From positions 1 to 56,000 of the IMG/VR virus record IMGVR_UViG_3300044626_000250: a stretch of DNA of 56,000 bases; one strand, written 5' to 3'. A program made the translations under genes and the position numbers. Every line of letters begins with the position of its first letter. Position 1 is the stretch's first letter. Below are positions 11,501 through 20,934 of this stretch, piece after piece. The notes beneath the pieces were generated by a model. The model did not search any database, was not told the origin of the DNA, and worked only from the letters and a program-made list of their open reading frames with translations. Source of the DNA: a virus. Lineage: Duplodnaviria > Caudoviricetes.

Positions 11501-14500
11501 AAAAAAGGGTTACTGATCGTGTTAAATCTTGGTATCGTCAAAGATTTGGAAACAAAACTTTCAGCAAGGAAGAGCAAGCATTCAATGAGTTTAAAAGAAA
11601 GTTTGGTGTAAAAGCACATGGTTGGTTTGAAGATATTCATCAGAGATATTTTGAATCTGATGGTACAAGAAAGATTTCAATTGGTCAACGTAATGTAGCT
11701 CTTGAGAAAACAGAAGAGGACATGTACGTTCAATTGGAAGAATATTTTACTGATCTTGTTAAGAAGTTTTCTGAAAATGGAAAAAATCCTCTTGTATTTT
11801 CTGAGGTAAAAGTATATGATCCAAAAGAAAAAGAAGCTGGAACGCTTGACTTAGTTATTATTGATGAAACAGGTAAAGCTAACATTTTTGACTGGAAGTT
11901 TATGAGCGTTAGTCAAAATTCAGATGACGTTGCTTGGTACAAACAAGGTGCATATAATATACAGCTTGGTAGATATAAAGAAATTCTTCGTAACAATTAT
12001 GGTATAAAAGAATTTGGAATGAATAGAGCAATTCCTATCATAATGGAAATAAAAAGTCCAATGACAAAATCAGCTACTGCTGAACCTTATGTTGCTGGTA
12101 TAGCAATTGGTTCTGTAGATACATCAAAAATCAAAGAACTAAAACTTATTCCTATATCAGAAGAAACAGAAAGTACAGGTTTTGATACATTAGATAAACT
12201 TATAAAAGATTTAAATGCTGTATATAGACAAATTGGTAAACAAGATGTAAATAATGAGGAGGAAAAAGAATTTAAATCAAAAAGATTAAATACAATTAAA
12301 GCTGCTATTAGAGCTGCTCAAGGATCATTAAACATTAGCCCATTGATCGAAGTGATTCGAGAAATGAAACTTAGTGGACAAATGATCATTGATGATTATA
12401 ATACAACCTATCTAAATCGTCCTGCTACAGAAAATGATCTTACTAATAAAGAGCTTTCTAAATTTTCTGATGAAATGAGAGAATACTTAGCAATGGCAGA
12501 AATTTTTGGTAGAGTGGATGATCGTATAAGAGATCTTATTTATAACTCTGAAATGGAAACTGCTGCTACTACATCAGAACAAAAAGCTGCTGTTAAAATT
12601 AGAAAAGAACTTTTAGATAGTATTGTAGAGGAAGCTAGTGAAATTAGAGACAGTAGAGAAACGATTAAGGAAATCTCTGGTAAATTTGCTGATAAATTTA
12701 TTGGACAAAGAAATCTTGTAGCTGGACTTCTTAATCCTGAAGCAGTGCTAAAAGGGTTAGGATCTTTTTTTAATGGTATTTCTGATCTTCCATTAGCATC
12801 ACTTAAGATTTTATATAAGCTTGTAAATAACTCTAAAGCTAATGCATCTAGGATTGCTAAAGAGGAAGTTGATGAATTGATGGAAATTAGAAAACGTCTT
12901 GTTGATAGAGGAGGAGATGTAAGATCTTTAATTAAACAAATTTATCAAAAAGATGATAACAATAAATGGGTTAATAAACTTATTTATAAATATAGTAAAG
13001 AGTTTTATGACGCTGTTGATCAAAATGCTCAATCTGAATTTAGAAGTAAGTCTTGGTTAGAAAATAACATTGATGTAGATGCTTACATGGAAGAAGCCAT
13101 TCAAAAAATGAATGAAAACATTAGTTATTATGAACGAAGATATTCTGAACATCCTGATGTATTAGAACAAATAGTTTATGAAGAAAAGTTAAAATGGGAC
13201 TTAACTGATGAAAACTTTAATGGTTGGAATAATTATATTATAAAAAGACATCCATTACAAAAATGGACATCTGAAGAATATATAGAGCTATCAAAAGATA
13301 AGGATTTATTAGAACTTTATGAATTCATCTCTCGTATAAATGATAAAGCAAAAGGTGTTGGATATATAGAAAATAAATTAGCTTCTACATTTCTACCTTT
13401 TGTTAGAAAATCTATGGCTGAAAGTCTTGCATGGGATGCCAGTCTTTCTGTTCTAACTTCTTTAGGAGATGGTTTAACTGTTAGAGCTGAAGATGTTGGA
13501 TTAGGTTCAATTAATGAACTTACAAAAGAATTAGAGCATTCTATTCCTAAATATTATACACATGATTTTAGTAGAGCTGAAGATGGTACAAATGACTACA
13601 GTGATGTAAGTGAGGACCTTTTCAAAAATATGATTATGTATATTAATCATATGGAAAAATATTCAATGCTATCTGAAATTGAAGGACAGTTACAACTTGT
13701 TAAAACTATTGAAGCTGGAAAAGATCATTTGAATACAAGTTTATTTGGAGATATTATCATTAAAGATGGTAAGCCAGATGAAGTGGCAGGAAACAAAGAA
13801 AACACACAAATGTTTGAGGATTTTATGCGTGGTGTATTCTATGAGCAAAAATATCCTTTGTCAGATTCAGACACTCCTTTAAATATAAATCTTAAAAATT
13901 TTATTAAAAAAGGAATTAATAGAGTGGCTGGTAGAGAGGTATATACTGTTGAAGAAAATCCTAGTGCTATTTCCTTAGTTAAATCTATTGATGCATTGAA
14001 TAGAGGGTTTCAATTAAAAACTCTTGGGTTTGAAGTGTTATCTGGAGCTGTAAATGCATTTGGTGCTAACATTCAAATTGCTACACAAGCTGGTAACTAT
14101 TTTAAAGCTAGAGAAGTTTTAGTTAATGAAGGTAAATTGATTGGGAATAAGTTTAAAAATGATGATGAAAGAAATATGTTTGTTCAATTAGTTGATGCAT
14201 TCATGCCTTTGAAAGATGATCCTAGTTATGAGAAACTAAAAAAAGCTGGACTTACAAAACTTACACAAGGAAGCTTTTCTGATTTCTTAATGATGTTTAT
14301 GAGAAATCCTGAGCAACATATTGAAAAATCAGTATTCCTCACTCTATTACAAAACACAATGGTTATTGATGGTAAGCTTGTTAATATTAGAGAGTATGTA
14401 AAAAATAAATATAAAGATAGATATACATCAGCAGAAGTTTACAAATCTACATCTGATATAATGGATAAGGAAATAGAGGAACTTAAAAAAACAAAATCTA

Positions 14501-15462
14501 TTGATGTTATTAAAAAACTAGAAGATGGTAAATTAGTTATTCCTGGATTTGATCTTAATGATTTTAATGAATTACAAAGATTAACAAACCTAACTAGAAC
14601 TATTTCTAGAAATGCTACAGGGGGAATGGCAGATTCTGATATGAATAGAGCTTCTATGAACATTTGGTTAAAGTCAATGCTCGTATTTAAGGGATGGATT
14701 CCTAAACTTTTAAAGACACGTTTTGCTCAATTCGCTGAAACATCTGATGATTTCTCAACTTCAATTAATGAGGATGGATTAACTCTTGGACAAAAATATG
14801 ATATTGGTCGTATTAGATTATTTGGTCATGTTTTAGGAGATGGTATCATTGCAGGAGTTAGAAATATAAATAATATCATTGCTTTAAATGATGCAGGGTT
14901 GGAACGATTAGATAAAATGTATGAAGATTTTTCTAAAAGTTATGAGAAACGTACAGGTAAAGTTTTACAGATGGATAAAGCTGATTTTATTGATTTAATG
15001 AGAAACAATTTACGTAATCAAATTAAAGAGTTAGCAATACTAATGAGTTTATTTGGTGCATATTTAGCATTAGGACTTATGGCTCCAGACGATGATGATG
15101 ATAAGGCAGCTAAGAACTTTTATCGTTTTTCACAAAGAACTATAGATAAATTTGTTGGAGAGCTTTCCTTCTTCTACAATCCTGTTGAGTTTCAAAAACT
15201 ACTTAGTGGAAGTGCATTCCCTGCATTGGGACTTTTCTCAGACATTGAAAGATTTACAAGTCATTTCTTTATGGAAACTACAGGTTTAGATTTGTCAGAC
15301 ACTGATCTTACAGTAGAAGAAGTAGAAAAGAAAGCACAGCCAGTTAAATATCTATCTAAAATGTTCCCAATCACAAAATCAATGATAACATATATGGCAC
15401 TTTTTGATGCTGATTTTGCTAAGGAATACGATGTTACAATACAAAGAAGTAATAATAGATAG
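8551..15462 (+). CDS. Giant multidomain virion/ejection-type protein: two degenerate zincin-like domains, putative nucleotidyltransferase domain, PD-(D/E)xK nuclease-like domain
   Basis: 2303 aa, directly after the RNAP as in crAss-like genomes. Motifs: FILGGS...HDLDW, SLTEEMVHIAT, and EVKVYD..AGTLDLVIID..NIFDWKF. Hydrophobic helix near the C-terminus. Confidence 0.7.
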   Translation: MSCVNPNIPEFQELVRKTGNYLLAEIEYTKGSPVIQSNGKMLNLPEEAKQKIYENYVNLMGRKREGKEEGYDSFNRMFDNLQVFKTKDTYIFGQWDAKNNVFQGRLMSSPNIRQLYEALDELVGMVDFMASVPPDMGRMLERKGMYKLNVDKLYDFKGEKMVKNLYFSNKESVKKIFKKEESEITKSDVIKYDKFFNYQEILRKLSDAFKKGNFDNIYPILKELGIYDYNAYKILNKFKQLDKNFSEGELKKFRAMDLYTKMVSEETVTGDINYQLTSQEKQRYKIYKEYMSIISDVKDQIIKNSASNFINIDKRDLFNNPKIYNQLDNELNKTLATYLSKFGIKTEVLKDIQDRFGIDSYAHLDILNKIIYTSETNQGEYPQQAGKIIAYMMQHNPLVTEIMANMKRSSMFGSRLSKEDMFDAIGDMISEQLYKKTNTEVPTSILEKINMLIRQFFSFITQVRMNRINRNVGIIADNILLQNQSLITFSPFKPGAANKPVVRVSFQEALDGDAFATSIVDRMADKFILGGSISFSEQGPVWRPDENQVHDLDWASSYPRQDTKNIFESIYPDGQRIYIREIYDKSTQEWTDTWLLAEDGHSIKNLVLSDDGKNKILAYDIVDNETGKVVSQYIPKSDSHTGDVVAKPIDIFSSDNINKEQFPTQDFITSSGTTVKLGNWRSSFEAKLRYGRLKDLWDYNRFIPEENIYQGEPSEGNFQLEGMPMSAASEETLTKVRALIEKMGVSMKSLVEYAKTSKLNLDGVNAVADMIHGIIAVAEGKEAVSLTEEMVHIATAILELKNPKMITEMIAKIDRFKIYNITLNAYKTNRDYQLPNGKPDIRKIKKEAVDKLIAELIVNQGRDVAQYPELLEQENINFVQRIWNKVLDWFRGMYKANNVDIFKQTSDIIINDGFEGDYRDIQNKQIYFQYSDAQKNAQALLLKTQDDLKKVEVKEKIDPLFMDTEEASNFYEIQNANGVWERVEKRVTDRVKSWYRQRFGNKTFSKEEQAFNEFKRKFGVKAHGWFEDIHQRYFESDGTRKISIGQRNVALEKTEEDMYVQLEEYFTDLVKKFSENGKNPLVFSEVKVYDPKEKEAGTLDLVIIDETGKANIFDWKFMSVSQNSDDVAWYKQGAYNIQLGRYKEILRNNYGIKEFGMNRAIPIIMEIKSPMTKSATAEPYVAGIAIGSVDTSKIKELKLIPISEETESTGFDTLDKLIKDLNAVYRQIGKQDVNNEEEKEFKSKRLNTIKAAIRAAQGSLNISPLIEVIREMKLSGQMIIDDYNTTYLNRPATENDLTNKELSKFSDEMREYLAMAEIFGRVDDRIRDLIYNSEMETAATTSEQKAAVKIRKELLDSIVEEASEIRDSRETIKEISGKFADKFIGQRNLVAGLLNPEAVLKGLGSFFNGISDLPLASLKILYKLVNNSKANASRIAKEEVDELMEIRKRLVDRGGDVRSLIKQIYQKDDNNKWVNKLIYKYSKEFYDAVDQNAQSEFRSKSWLENNIDVDAYMEEAIQKMNENISYYERRYSEHPDVLEQIVYEEKLKWDLTDENFNGWNNYIIKRHPLQKWTSEEYIELSKDKDLLELYEFISRINDKAKGVGYIENKLASTFLPFVRKSMAESLAWDASLSVLTSLGDGLTVRAEDVGLGSINELTKELEHSIPKYYTHDFSRAEDGTNDYSDVSEDLFKNMIMYINHMEKYSMLSEIEGQLQLVKTIEAGKDHLNTSLFGDIIIKDGKPDEVAGNKENTQMFEDFMRGVFYEQKYPLSDSDTPLNINLKNFIKKGINRVAGREVYTVEENPSAISLVKSIDALNRGFQLKTLGFEVLSGAVNAFGANIQIATQAGNYFKAREVLVNEGKLIGNKFKNDDERNMFVQLVDAFMPLKDDPSYEKLKKAGLTKLTQGSFSDFLMMFMRNPEQHIEKSVFLTLLQNTMVIDGKLVNIREYVKNKYKDRYTSAEVYKSTSDIMDKEIEELKKTKSIDVIKKLEDGKLVIPGFDLNDFNELQRLTNLTRTISRNATGGMADSDMNRASMNIWLKSMLVFKGWIPKLLKTRFAQFAETSDDFSTSINEDGLTLGQKYDIGRIRLFGHVLGDGIIAGVRNINNIIALNDAGLERLDKMYEDFSKSYEKRTGKVLQMDKADFIDLMRNNLRNQIKELAILMSLFGAYLALGLMAPDDDDDKAAKNFYRFSQRTIDKFVGELSFFYNPVEFQKLLSGSAFPALGLFSDIERFTSHFFMETTGLDLSDTDLTVEEVEKKAQPVKYLSKMFPITKSMITYMALFDADFAKEYDVTIQRSNNR

Positions 15463-15549
15463 TAATGCTATATTATGGGCAAAACTTTAAATATCATGGA
15501 AAATAATAGTGCAGAAATGTCTATTTTTGCTTATACTAAAAATAATAAA

Positions 15550-15987
15550 ATGAAAGCATTCTTCCTGAACGTGTTAGCAGGTCTAACATTGTTCTTTGCC
15601 CCTATTACTGGACTAATTGTAGTAGTTGGACTTGTAATTATATTTGATACATTCACAGGAATTTATAAATCTGTGAGGTTAAAAGGTTGGTGTTCTATTC
15701 GTAGTAGAAAACTTTCTCAAATAATTAGCAAACTAGTTCTTTACGAACTATCAGTTTTAGTATTATTTCCAATAGATAAATTTTTATTAAATGAATTCTT
15801 TTTAAGTTTTGTTTCAATTCAATTCTTTGCTACAAAACTTGTATGCATATTCCTTATTCTTGTAGAAGTTACGTCTATTAAAGAAAATATAGAAGAAGCA
15901 TTAAATATTGATATATTAAAAGCTGTTAAACGTTTTCTTAGTAGAGCAAAAGAATTTTCTAACGATGTTGATGATATAAAAAATTAA
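15550..15987 (+). CDS. Holin
   Basis: Three hydrophobic helices, DTFTG and EVTSIKEN motifs of phage-holin-4-like proteins, charged C-terminus, located in the lysis cassette. ATG at 15550 has an A-rich leader and is preferred over 15475. Confidence 0.8.
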   Translation: MKAFFLNVLAGLTLFFAPITGLIVVVGLVIIFDTFTGIYKSVRLKGWCSIRSRKLSQIISKLVLYELSVLVLFPIDKFLLNEFFLSFVSIQFFATKLVCIFLILVEVTSIKENIEEALNIDILKAVKRFLSRAKEFSNDVDDIKN

Positions 15988-15988
15988 T

Positions 15989-16603
15989 ATGAAACTTGAT
16001 TTAAAATATATAGTTATTGGTGTTCTTGTAGTTATCATTATATTAATGAGAAACTGTGAATCTACAGTTGTTCCTAAAGAACCAGTTGTTATAACAAAGT
16101 ATGATACTATATGGAAAAAAACACACGACACTATTACAAAAGAAGTGAAGGTTGTTAAAATACAATATGTTAAACCAGAGGGTCCTGAGTACACTCCAGG
16201 AGAACACATAGATACTTGTAGAGCAAGATTCAATTACTTATTGAAACAACACATTGCAAGAAGAACTTACACAGATACAATTAAACTAGACAGTCTTGGA
16301 ACTATAACAATAATTGACACTGTATGGTTGAACAAACTTAAAAACAGAACTTATATTAATAATTACAAGATACCTCTTGTCACCAAGACAATTACAATTA
16401 TAAAGCAACCAGATCCCAAAAGACAGTTATATATAGGAGGTAACTTGTTTGGTGACAGGAGAACCCTACAATCGTTTACTCCTGGTGTTTTATATAAAGA
16501 CAAGAAAGATAGAATCTTCCAAGCTAATGTTGGTGTAAACTTTGATGGTACATTAATATTTGGTGTTGGTACATATTGGAAAATCAACCTAAACAAAAAA
16601 TAA
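15989..16603 (+). CDS. Putative spanin-like membrane/lipoprotein
   Basis: N-terminal hydrophobic helix ending LMRNC; C-terminal amphipathic beta-strands ending GVGTYWKI; lies between holin and endolysin. Confidence 0.5.
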   Translation: MKLDLKYIVIGVLVVIIILMRNCESTVVPKEPVVITKYDTIWKKTHDTITKEVKVVKIQYVKPEGPEYTPGEHIDTCRARFNYLLKQHIARRTYTDTIKLDSLGTITIIDTVWLNKLKNRTYINNYKIPLVTKTITIIKQPDPKRQLYIGGNLFGDRRTLQSFTPGVLYKDKKDRIFQANVGVNFDGTLIFGVGTYWKINLNKK

Positions 16604-16609
16604 TAACCA

Positions 16610-17026
16610 ATGGTAACAAGTGCACAATGTTTAAAAAAATATGGTGATCCTACTAAAGAGTCTAATATGACTCTATGGGATGTACCAACTGAATTGGAAG
16701 TGGGAGTTATACCAAAAAGACTTTATTGTAATAAAGATATGGTCGCACCTCTTACACAAGCATTTAAAAATCTTATAGCAACAGGTTTTGTAAAAGAACT
16801 AAAAACTTGGGATGGATGCTTTAATATAAGAAAGAAGAGAGGATTAACTAGTATGTCATTACACTCATGGGGAATTGCCATAGATGTTAATGCTGCATGG
16901 AATGGACTTGGTAAAACACCAGTGTTATCTGCAGGATTTGTAAAATGTTTTACAGATGCAGGTTTTGATTGGGGAGGTACATGGACACGTAAAGATGGAA
17001 TGCATTTCCAATTAAATAAAATATAA
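16610..17026 (+). CDS. Endolysin, M15 family peptidase
   Basis: R...SLHSWGIAIDVN and WGGTW..KDGMHFQL zinc-ligand motifs. Confidence 0.9.
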   Translation: MVTSAQCLKKYGDPTKESNMTLWDVPTELEVGVIPKRLYCNKDMVAPLTQAFKNLIATGFVKELKTWDGCFNIRKKRGLTSMSLHSWGIAIDVNAAWNGLGKTPVLSAGFVKCFTDAGFDWGGTWTRKDGMHFQLNKI

Positions 17027-17163
17027 TGGCAAAGATAACCAACACAGTAGTAAAATTAGAAACACCAAAGATTAATAGACCAGGTGTACATGCTAAATCA
17101 CAAACATCAAACTTAAAAAGCTCTAAGAATTACAAGAAGCTTTATAGAGGACAAGGTAAGTAA
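17026..17163 (+). CDS. Small basic protein (45 aa)
   Basis: Not in the ORF track; read manually as MAKITNTVV...YKKLYRGQGK. TAATG stop/start overlaps at both ends. Confidence 0.7.
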   Translation: MAKITNTVVKLETPKINRPGVHAKSQTSNLKSSKNYKKLYRGQGK

Positions 17164-17312
17164 TGGAATGGCAATTAGAAATAGGGTTTCATTGGCCACA
17201 TGATAGACTAGCTTTAGGTTGGGAGATCATGCATGCTGATGAAAAATATAATTTTGACACATATATTTTATATGTTGGAATTATGACAATAACATTAGAT
17301 GTATGGAAGTAA
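17163..17312 (+). CDS. Small hypothetical protein (49 aa)
   Basis: Read manually: MEWQLEIGFHWPHDRLALGWE...; coupled to the previous gene by TAATG. Confidence 0.65.
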   Translation: MEWQLEIGFHWPHDRLALGWEIMHADEKYNFDTYILYVGIMTITLDVWK

Positions 17313-17605
17313 TTTATCAGGGAAATGTAGCAACAGATTGTAGTACAAAAATAACTTGTACCACTACGTCATTGACTATAACTAACATTATTATCAACAA
17401 CCTTGATTCAAATTATGTATTCAACATGAATAGATTTATGTCAGGTCCTGGTATTCATAAGATTCCTATATATGAATTATCGTTAAACGCAGGAGATTCT
17501 ATACAAGATACACAATCCTATATTCTTTTTAAAGGTGATTATATACAACTCATTTCTGATGTAGCTGGAACAACTTATTACATTAGAGCAACACAAGAAA
17601 CATAA
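17303..17605 (+). CDS. Hypothetical small beta-rich virion protein
   Basis: 100 aa, translationally coupled to the fibre gene. Confidence 0.6.
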   Translation: MEVIYQGNVATDCSTKITCTTTSLTITNIIINNLDSNYVFNMNRFMSGPGIHKIPIYELSLNAGDSIQDTQSYILFKGDYIQLISDVAGTTYYIRATQET

Positions 17606-18951
17606 TGTATGAGTTTATAGATAAGAATGGAAACATCTCAGCTAACTCTGCCAAACTTGTTGTAATAGACAAGTATGGAAAAGTAAAAGAAGTTGGTGGT
17701 GGGGGTGGAGGAGGTTCTCCAACAGGCCCTGCAGGAGGTGATTTATCTGGAACCTATCCCAATCCATCTGTTGTATGGGCTAATGGACAAACAACTTATG
17801 ATCTTGTTTACTATCCTTTGTCAAGTAACCCAGCTGGTTATTTAACAGGAATAACATCTTCAGATGTAACAACAGCTCTTGGATATACACCAGTAACAAA
17901 CGCTAGGACACTAACTATTAATGGAACTACGTATGATTTAACTGCAGATAGAAGTTGGACTATATCTGCAGGCTCAGGAACAGTAACATCTGTTGGATTA
18001 ACTATGCCTTCAGCTTTTAGTGTTACAAATAGTCCAATTACATCAAGTGGTGATATAGCTGTAACAGGTGCAGGATTGGTTTCACAATATGTTAGAGGTG
18101 ATGGAACATTAGCTAATTTCCCAAATTCAACAGGAGGTGGTTCATCAGTTAATTATTATCTTAATGGTTCAGTTTCTCAAGGCACATTTGGTGGAACTAC
18201 TTATTATCAAATGAGTAAAACACCTATACTTGGGGCAGGTACTAACTTTACAAGAACAAATGGAGCAGGCGATGGATATATAGCATCTTTTATAACTGAT
18301 GCAGGAGATCCTAGTCAATTAAATATTCCAGGAGGTAATTGGAATGTAGAATTTTATTTTAACGCAAGTAGTGGAGGTGGTTCACCTAGTTTTTATGCTG
18401 AGCTTTATAAGGTGAGTGTAACAAATGTTTTTACGCTTATTGCAAGTGATTCACTTAATCCTGAAGGTATTACAAATGGTACAACTGTTGACCAATACTT
18501 CACTTCAATTCCTGTGCCTCAAACTACATTACTTGTAACTGATAGGTTAGCTGTTAGAATATTTGTAAATACAGGGGGTAGAACTATTACACTGCACACT
18601 GAAAATGGTAATTTATCAGAAGTCTTAACAACATTTACAACAGGCTTAACTGCATTAAATGGATTAACAGATCAAGTACAATTTTTTGATGTTGGAACAG
18701 GAGCTACAAATTTTAATATATCATCAAGTGGTGATACACATACATTTAATCTATTATTTAATATAAGAAGAAATGCAAATAATTCTTCTAATAATAATAT
18801 AAATTATTGTGGATATGCTCCAGATGGTTCTGCTGAATCAGCAACTGTATGGACTATTACAAGACTAACTATATCAGCAAGTGGAGCAATCACAGTAGGA
18901 ACTGCTACAAACGTAGCTTGGACAGATAGAGAAACAACAATATATACATAA
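17605..18951 (+). CDS. Tail fibre-like protein
   Basis: G/T/S-rich. Modules common in phage fibres: GPAGGDLSGTYPNP, SNPAGYLT, DVTTALGYTP, TINGTTYDL, GTVTSV, QYVRGDGTL. Confidence 0.75.
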   Translation: MYEFIDKNGNISANSAKLVVIDKYGKVKEVGGGGGGGSPTGPAGGDLSGTYPNPSVVWANGQTTYDLVYYPLSSNPAGYLTGITSSDVTTALGYTPVTNARTLTINGTTYDLTADRSWTISAGSGTVTSVGLTMPSAFSVTNSPITSSGDIAVTGAGLVSQYVRGDGTLANFPNSTGGGSSVNYYLNGSVSQGTFGGTTYYQMSKTPILGAGTNFTRTNGAGDGYIASFITDAGDPSQLNIPGGNWNVEFYFNASSGGGSPSFYAELYKVSVTNVFTLIASDSLNPEGITNGTTVDQYFTSIPVPQTTLLVTDRLAVRIFVNTGGRTITLHTENGNLSEVLTTFTTGLTALNGLTDQVQFFDVGTGATNFNISSSGDTHTFNLLFNIRRNANNSSNNNINYCGYAPDGSAESATVWTITRLTISASGAITVGTATNVAWTDRETTIYT

Positions 18952-18956
18952 AAATT

Positions 18957-19247
18957 ATGCCAATTACAAGTAATAATCCAATAGAAGTAGATGGAAATGT
19001 TTACCCATATTTTATGGTTAATTTAGCAATATCACCATTAGTTAAACCAACTGATATAGGTGGTAGCGTAGCTATGAAATTAACACCTTATAGAGTTTTA
19101 GAAGATGGAAGTTCAGTAAGTTTACCTGACAATTCTATTCCTATAACATATATGGATGTTTTTGAGAGTGGAGATTCTGCTGCAACAACAGCTACAATTA
19201 CTATTATGGGAGCATTGCAACAGTTTATAATTGATAAAGGTATTTAA
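18957..19247 (+). CDS. Hypothetical protein (possible fibre chaperone)
   Basis: 96 aa between two fibre/spike genes; function inferred from context only. Confidence 0.55.
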   Translation: MPITSNNPIEVDGNVYPYFMVNLAISPLVKPTDIGGSVAMKLTPYRVLEDGSSVSLPDNSIPITYMDVFESGDSAATTATITIMGALQQFIIDKGI

Positions 19248-19249
19248 TT

Positions 19250-20530
19250 ATGGCAGTAAGATTTGCAGTGGCATCTGGTAATTGGAGTAACACAGCTATT
19301 TGGAATGGTGGAACATTACCAACAAGTGCAGATGATGTGTATGCTAATACATTTACTGTTACTATTGATGGTACGTTCACTGTATTATCAGTTAGAAACA
19401 CAGCATTAGCTTCTCCAGTAATTACAGTGGGTGGTCAGTTTATATATGCAAACAATGGTAATCTAACTTGTACTGCAGCAATTCCTTTTTATTCTGGAGT
19501 ATTATCTTTGGCAGTTATTGAAATGACATTAACTGCTGGTAATATAGCCACATTTAATGGAAGTAGTTTGAGTACTTCAAGTACAGCACTTACAGCTACT
19601 GGTTCAATAGGTTTAAGATTATCAGGAACAGGAACATTTAATATAAATGGCAATTTTACAACTGACCTTGGAGGTGGTTCAGGAAATAATAATAAAAATA
19701 TGATTAACGCTACAGCTGCTGGAATAGTTAATGTTGTAGGAACTTTAATTAATAATAATGGTAATGTATCTAATAATGCTATTATAACTATTTCTAATAA
19801 TGCTACTGTAAATTGTACAGGTAATGTATTTTCAAATACAAACACTGGTACATCTGGTGGTTCAGCAATATTTATTTCAACAGGAACATTAAATGTTACT
19901 GGAAATTTATTATCATCAAATTCAATAACAGTATTTACAACAGGAGGAGCAGTTAATATAATTGGTAATGTTACAGGAGGAACTAGTCAACCAGCTATTT
20001 TTAATAATAATACAGCAGCTGTTATTTCTGTTACTGGAATAATAACTTCTGGAACAGGAGCACCAGCAATATATTCTTCCTTTGCTTTAACAAGTGCATA
20101 TTCTGCTGGTACTTTTGTAAAGGTGTCAGGTAACGTAGTTAATTCAACTAATATAATGGCTATTGTAGCACCAAGAGTAACAATAGACACAAACACATCA
20201 AGTTGGTTGTTTCAAATATCAACAGGTGGTAATAGAACTTTATATGCAGCAGGTGTTGCTTTAGGTAATCCTGCAATTACAGATGTTAGACTTGGAACTA
20301 TTTATGGGGCATCAGGTGAACTTACAGGAACATTAATTGTACCATCTCCTTCTAATGTATTACAAGGTGTTGGAACAGATGCTACAGTGGGAACATTGTT
20401 AATGACACCAGCAGACTTTTGGAATTATTTAATTTCAAGTGGTTTCACTGCTAATAGTATTGGTGATAGATTACAGAACGCAAGCACTGTTGCTACAACT
20501 GGTGGACAAATAGCAAGTTATAATATATAA
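19250..20530 (+). CDS. Beta-helix-like spike/adhesin protein
   Basis: Starts SGNWSNTAIWNGGTLPTSADDV; has repeated (L/V)N(V/I)xGN(V/L) beta-solenoid turns; almost no charged residues. Confidence 0.7.
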   Translation: MAVRFAVASGNWSNTAIWNGGTLPTSADDVYANTFTVTIDGTFTVLSVRNTALASPVITVGGQFIYANNGNLTCTAAIPFYSGVLSLAVIEMTLTAGNIATFNGSSLSTSSTALTATGSIGLRLSGTGTFNINGNFTTDLGGGSGNNNKNMINATAAGIVNVVGTLINNNGNVSNNAIITISNNATVNCTGNVFSNTNTGTSGGSAIFISTGTLNVTGNLLSSNSITVFTTGGAVNIIGNVTGGTSQPAIFNNNTAAVISVTGIITSGTGAPAIYSSFALTSAYSAGTFVKVSGNVVNSTNIMAIVAPRVTIDTNTSSWLFQISTGGNRTLYAAGVALGNPAITDVRLGTIYGASGELTGTLIVPSPSNVLQGVGTDATVGTLLMTPADFWNYLISSGFTANSIGDRLQNASTVATTGGQIASYNI

Positions 20531-20548
20531 ATATAAAAATAAATTAAT

Positions 20549-20556
20549 TACATTTG
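20549..20556 (+). promoter_or_regulatory. Bacteroidota-type -7 promoter element TACATTTG
   Basis: Exact match to TAnnTTTG in the intergenic gap, 18 nt before ATG 20575. Confidence 0.6.
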
Positions 20557-20574
20557 TAACTAAAATAAAAAATT

Positions 20575-20922
20575 ATGAGTACATTTATAACCTTATTGAA
20601 AACTATGTCAACTTTCTTTACAAGTTTTCAACAAATATTCTTTAAAGACTTCATTAAAGAACGCAGATACCTACATTTCTTTTTATCAATAGCTATTGTA
20701 TTAGCTTCTTTTATATTTGCATACAATTTTATGAACTTTGATGGTGGACCTTTTTGGGTTTACGTAGTAATAGGATGGTTTCAAGGATATGCTATTAACT
20801 GGGTAAGAGAATGGTATTACAATTACAAATCTAAATATGAAATACCATTTGATTATTTAGATGTATATGCAGGAGCATATGGAGGAATAATAGCATCAAT
20901 AATTTATTTAATAATAATATAA
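20575..20922 (+). CDS. Small integral membrane protein
   Basis: Three hydrophobic segments; LHF...REWY...DVYAGAYGG pattern. Confidence 0.65.
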   Translation: MSTFITLLKTMSTFFTSFQQIFFKDFIKERRYLHFFLSIAIVLASFIFAYNFMNFDGGPFWVYVVIGWFQGYAINWVREWYYNYKSKYEIPFDYLDVYAGAYGGIIASIIYLIII

Positions 20923-20934
20923 AAATATATAGAA

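Noticed and set aside
11800-11900. Cas4/CRISPR adaptation gene
   Set aside because: Generic PD-(D/E)xK motif within a giant protein; no Fe-S cysteine cluster and no array.
176-14663. Short antisense and alternate-frame ORFs inside the two giant genes
   Set aside because: Shadow ORFs fully overlapping well-supported long CDSs, with no motifs.
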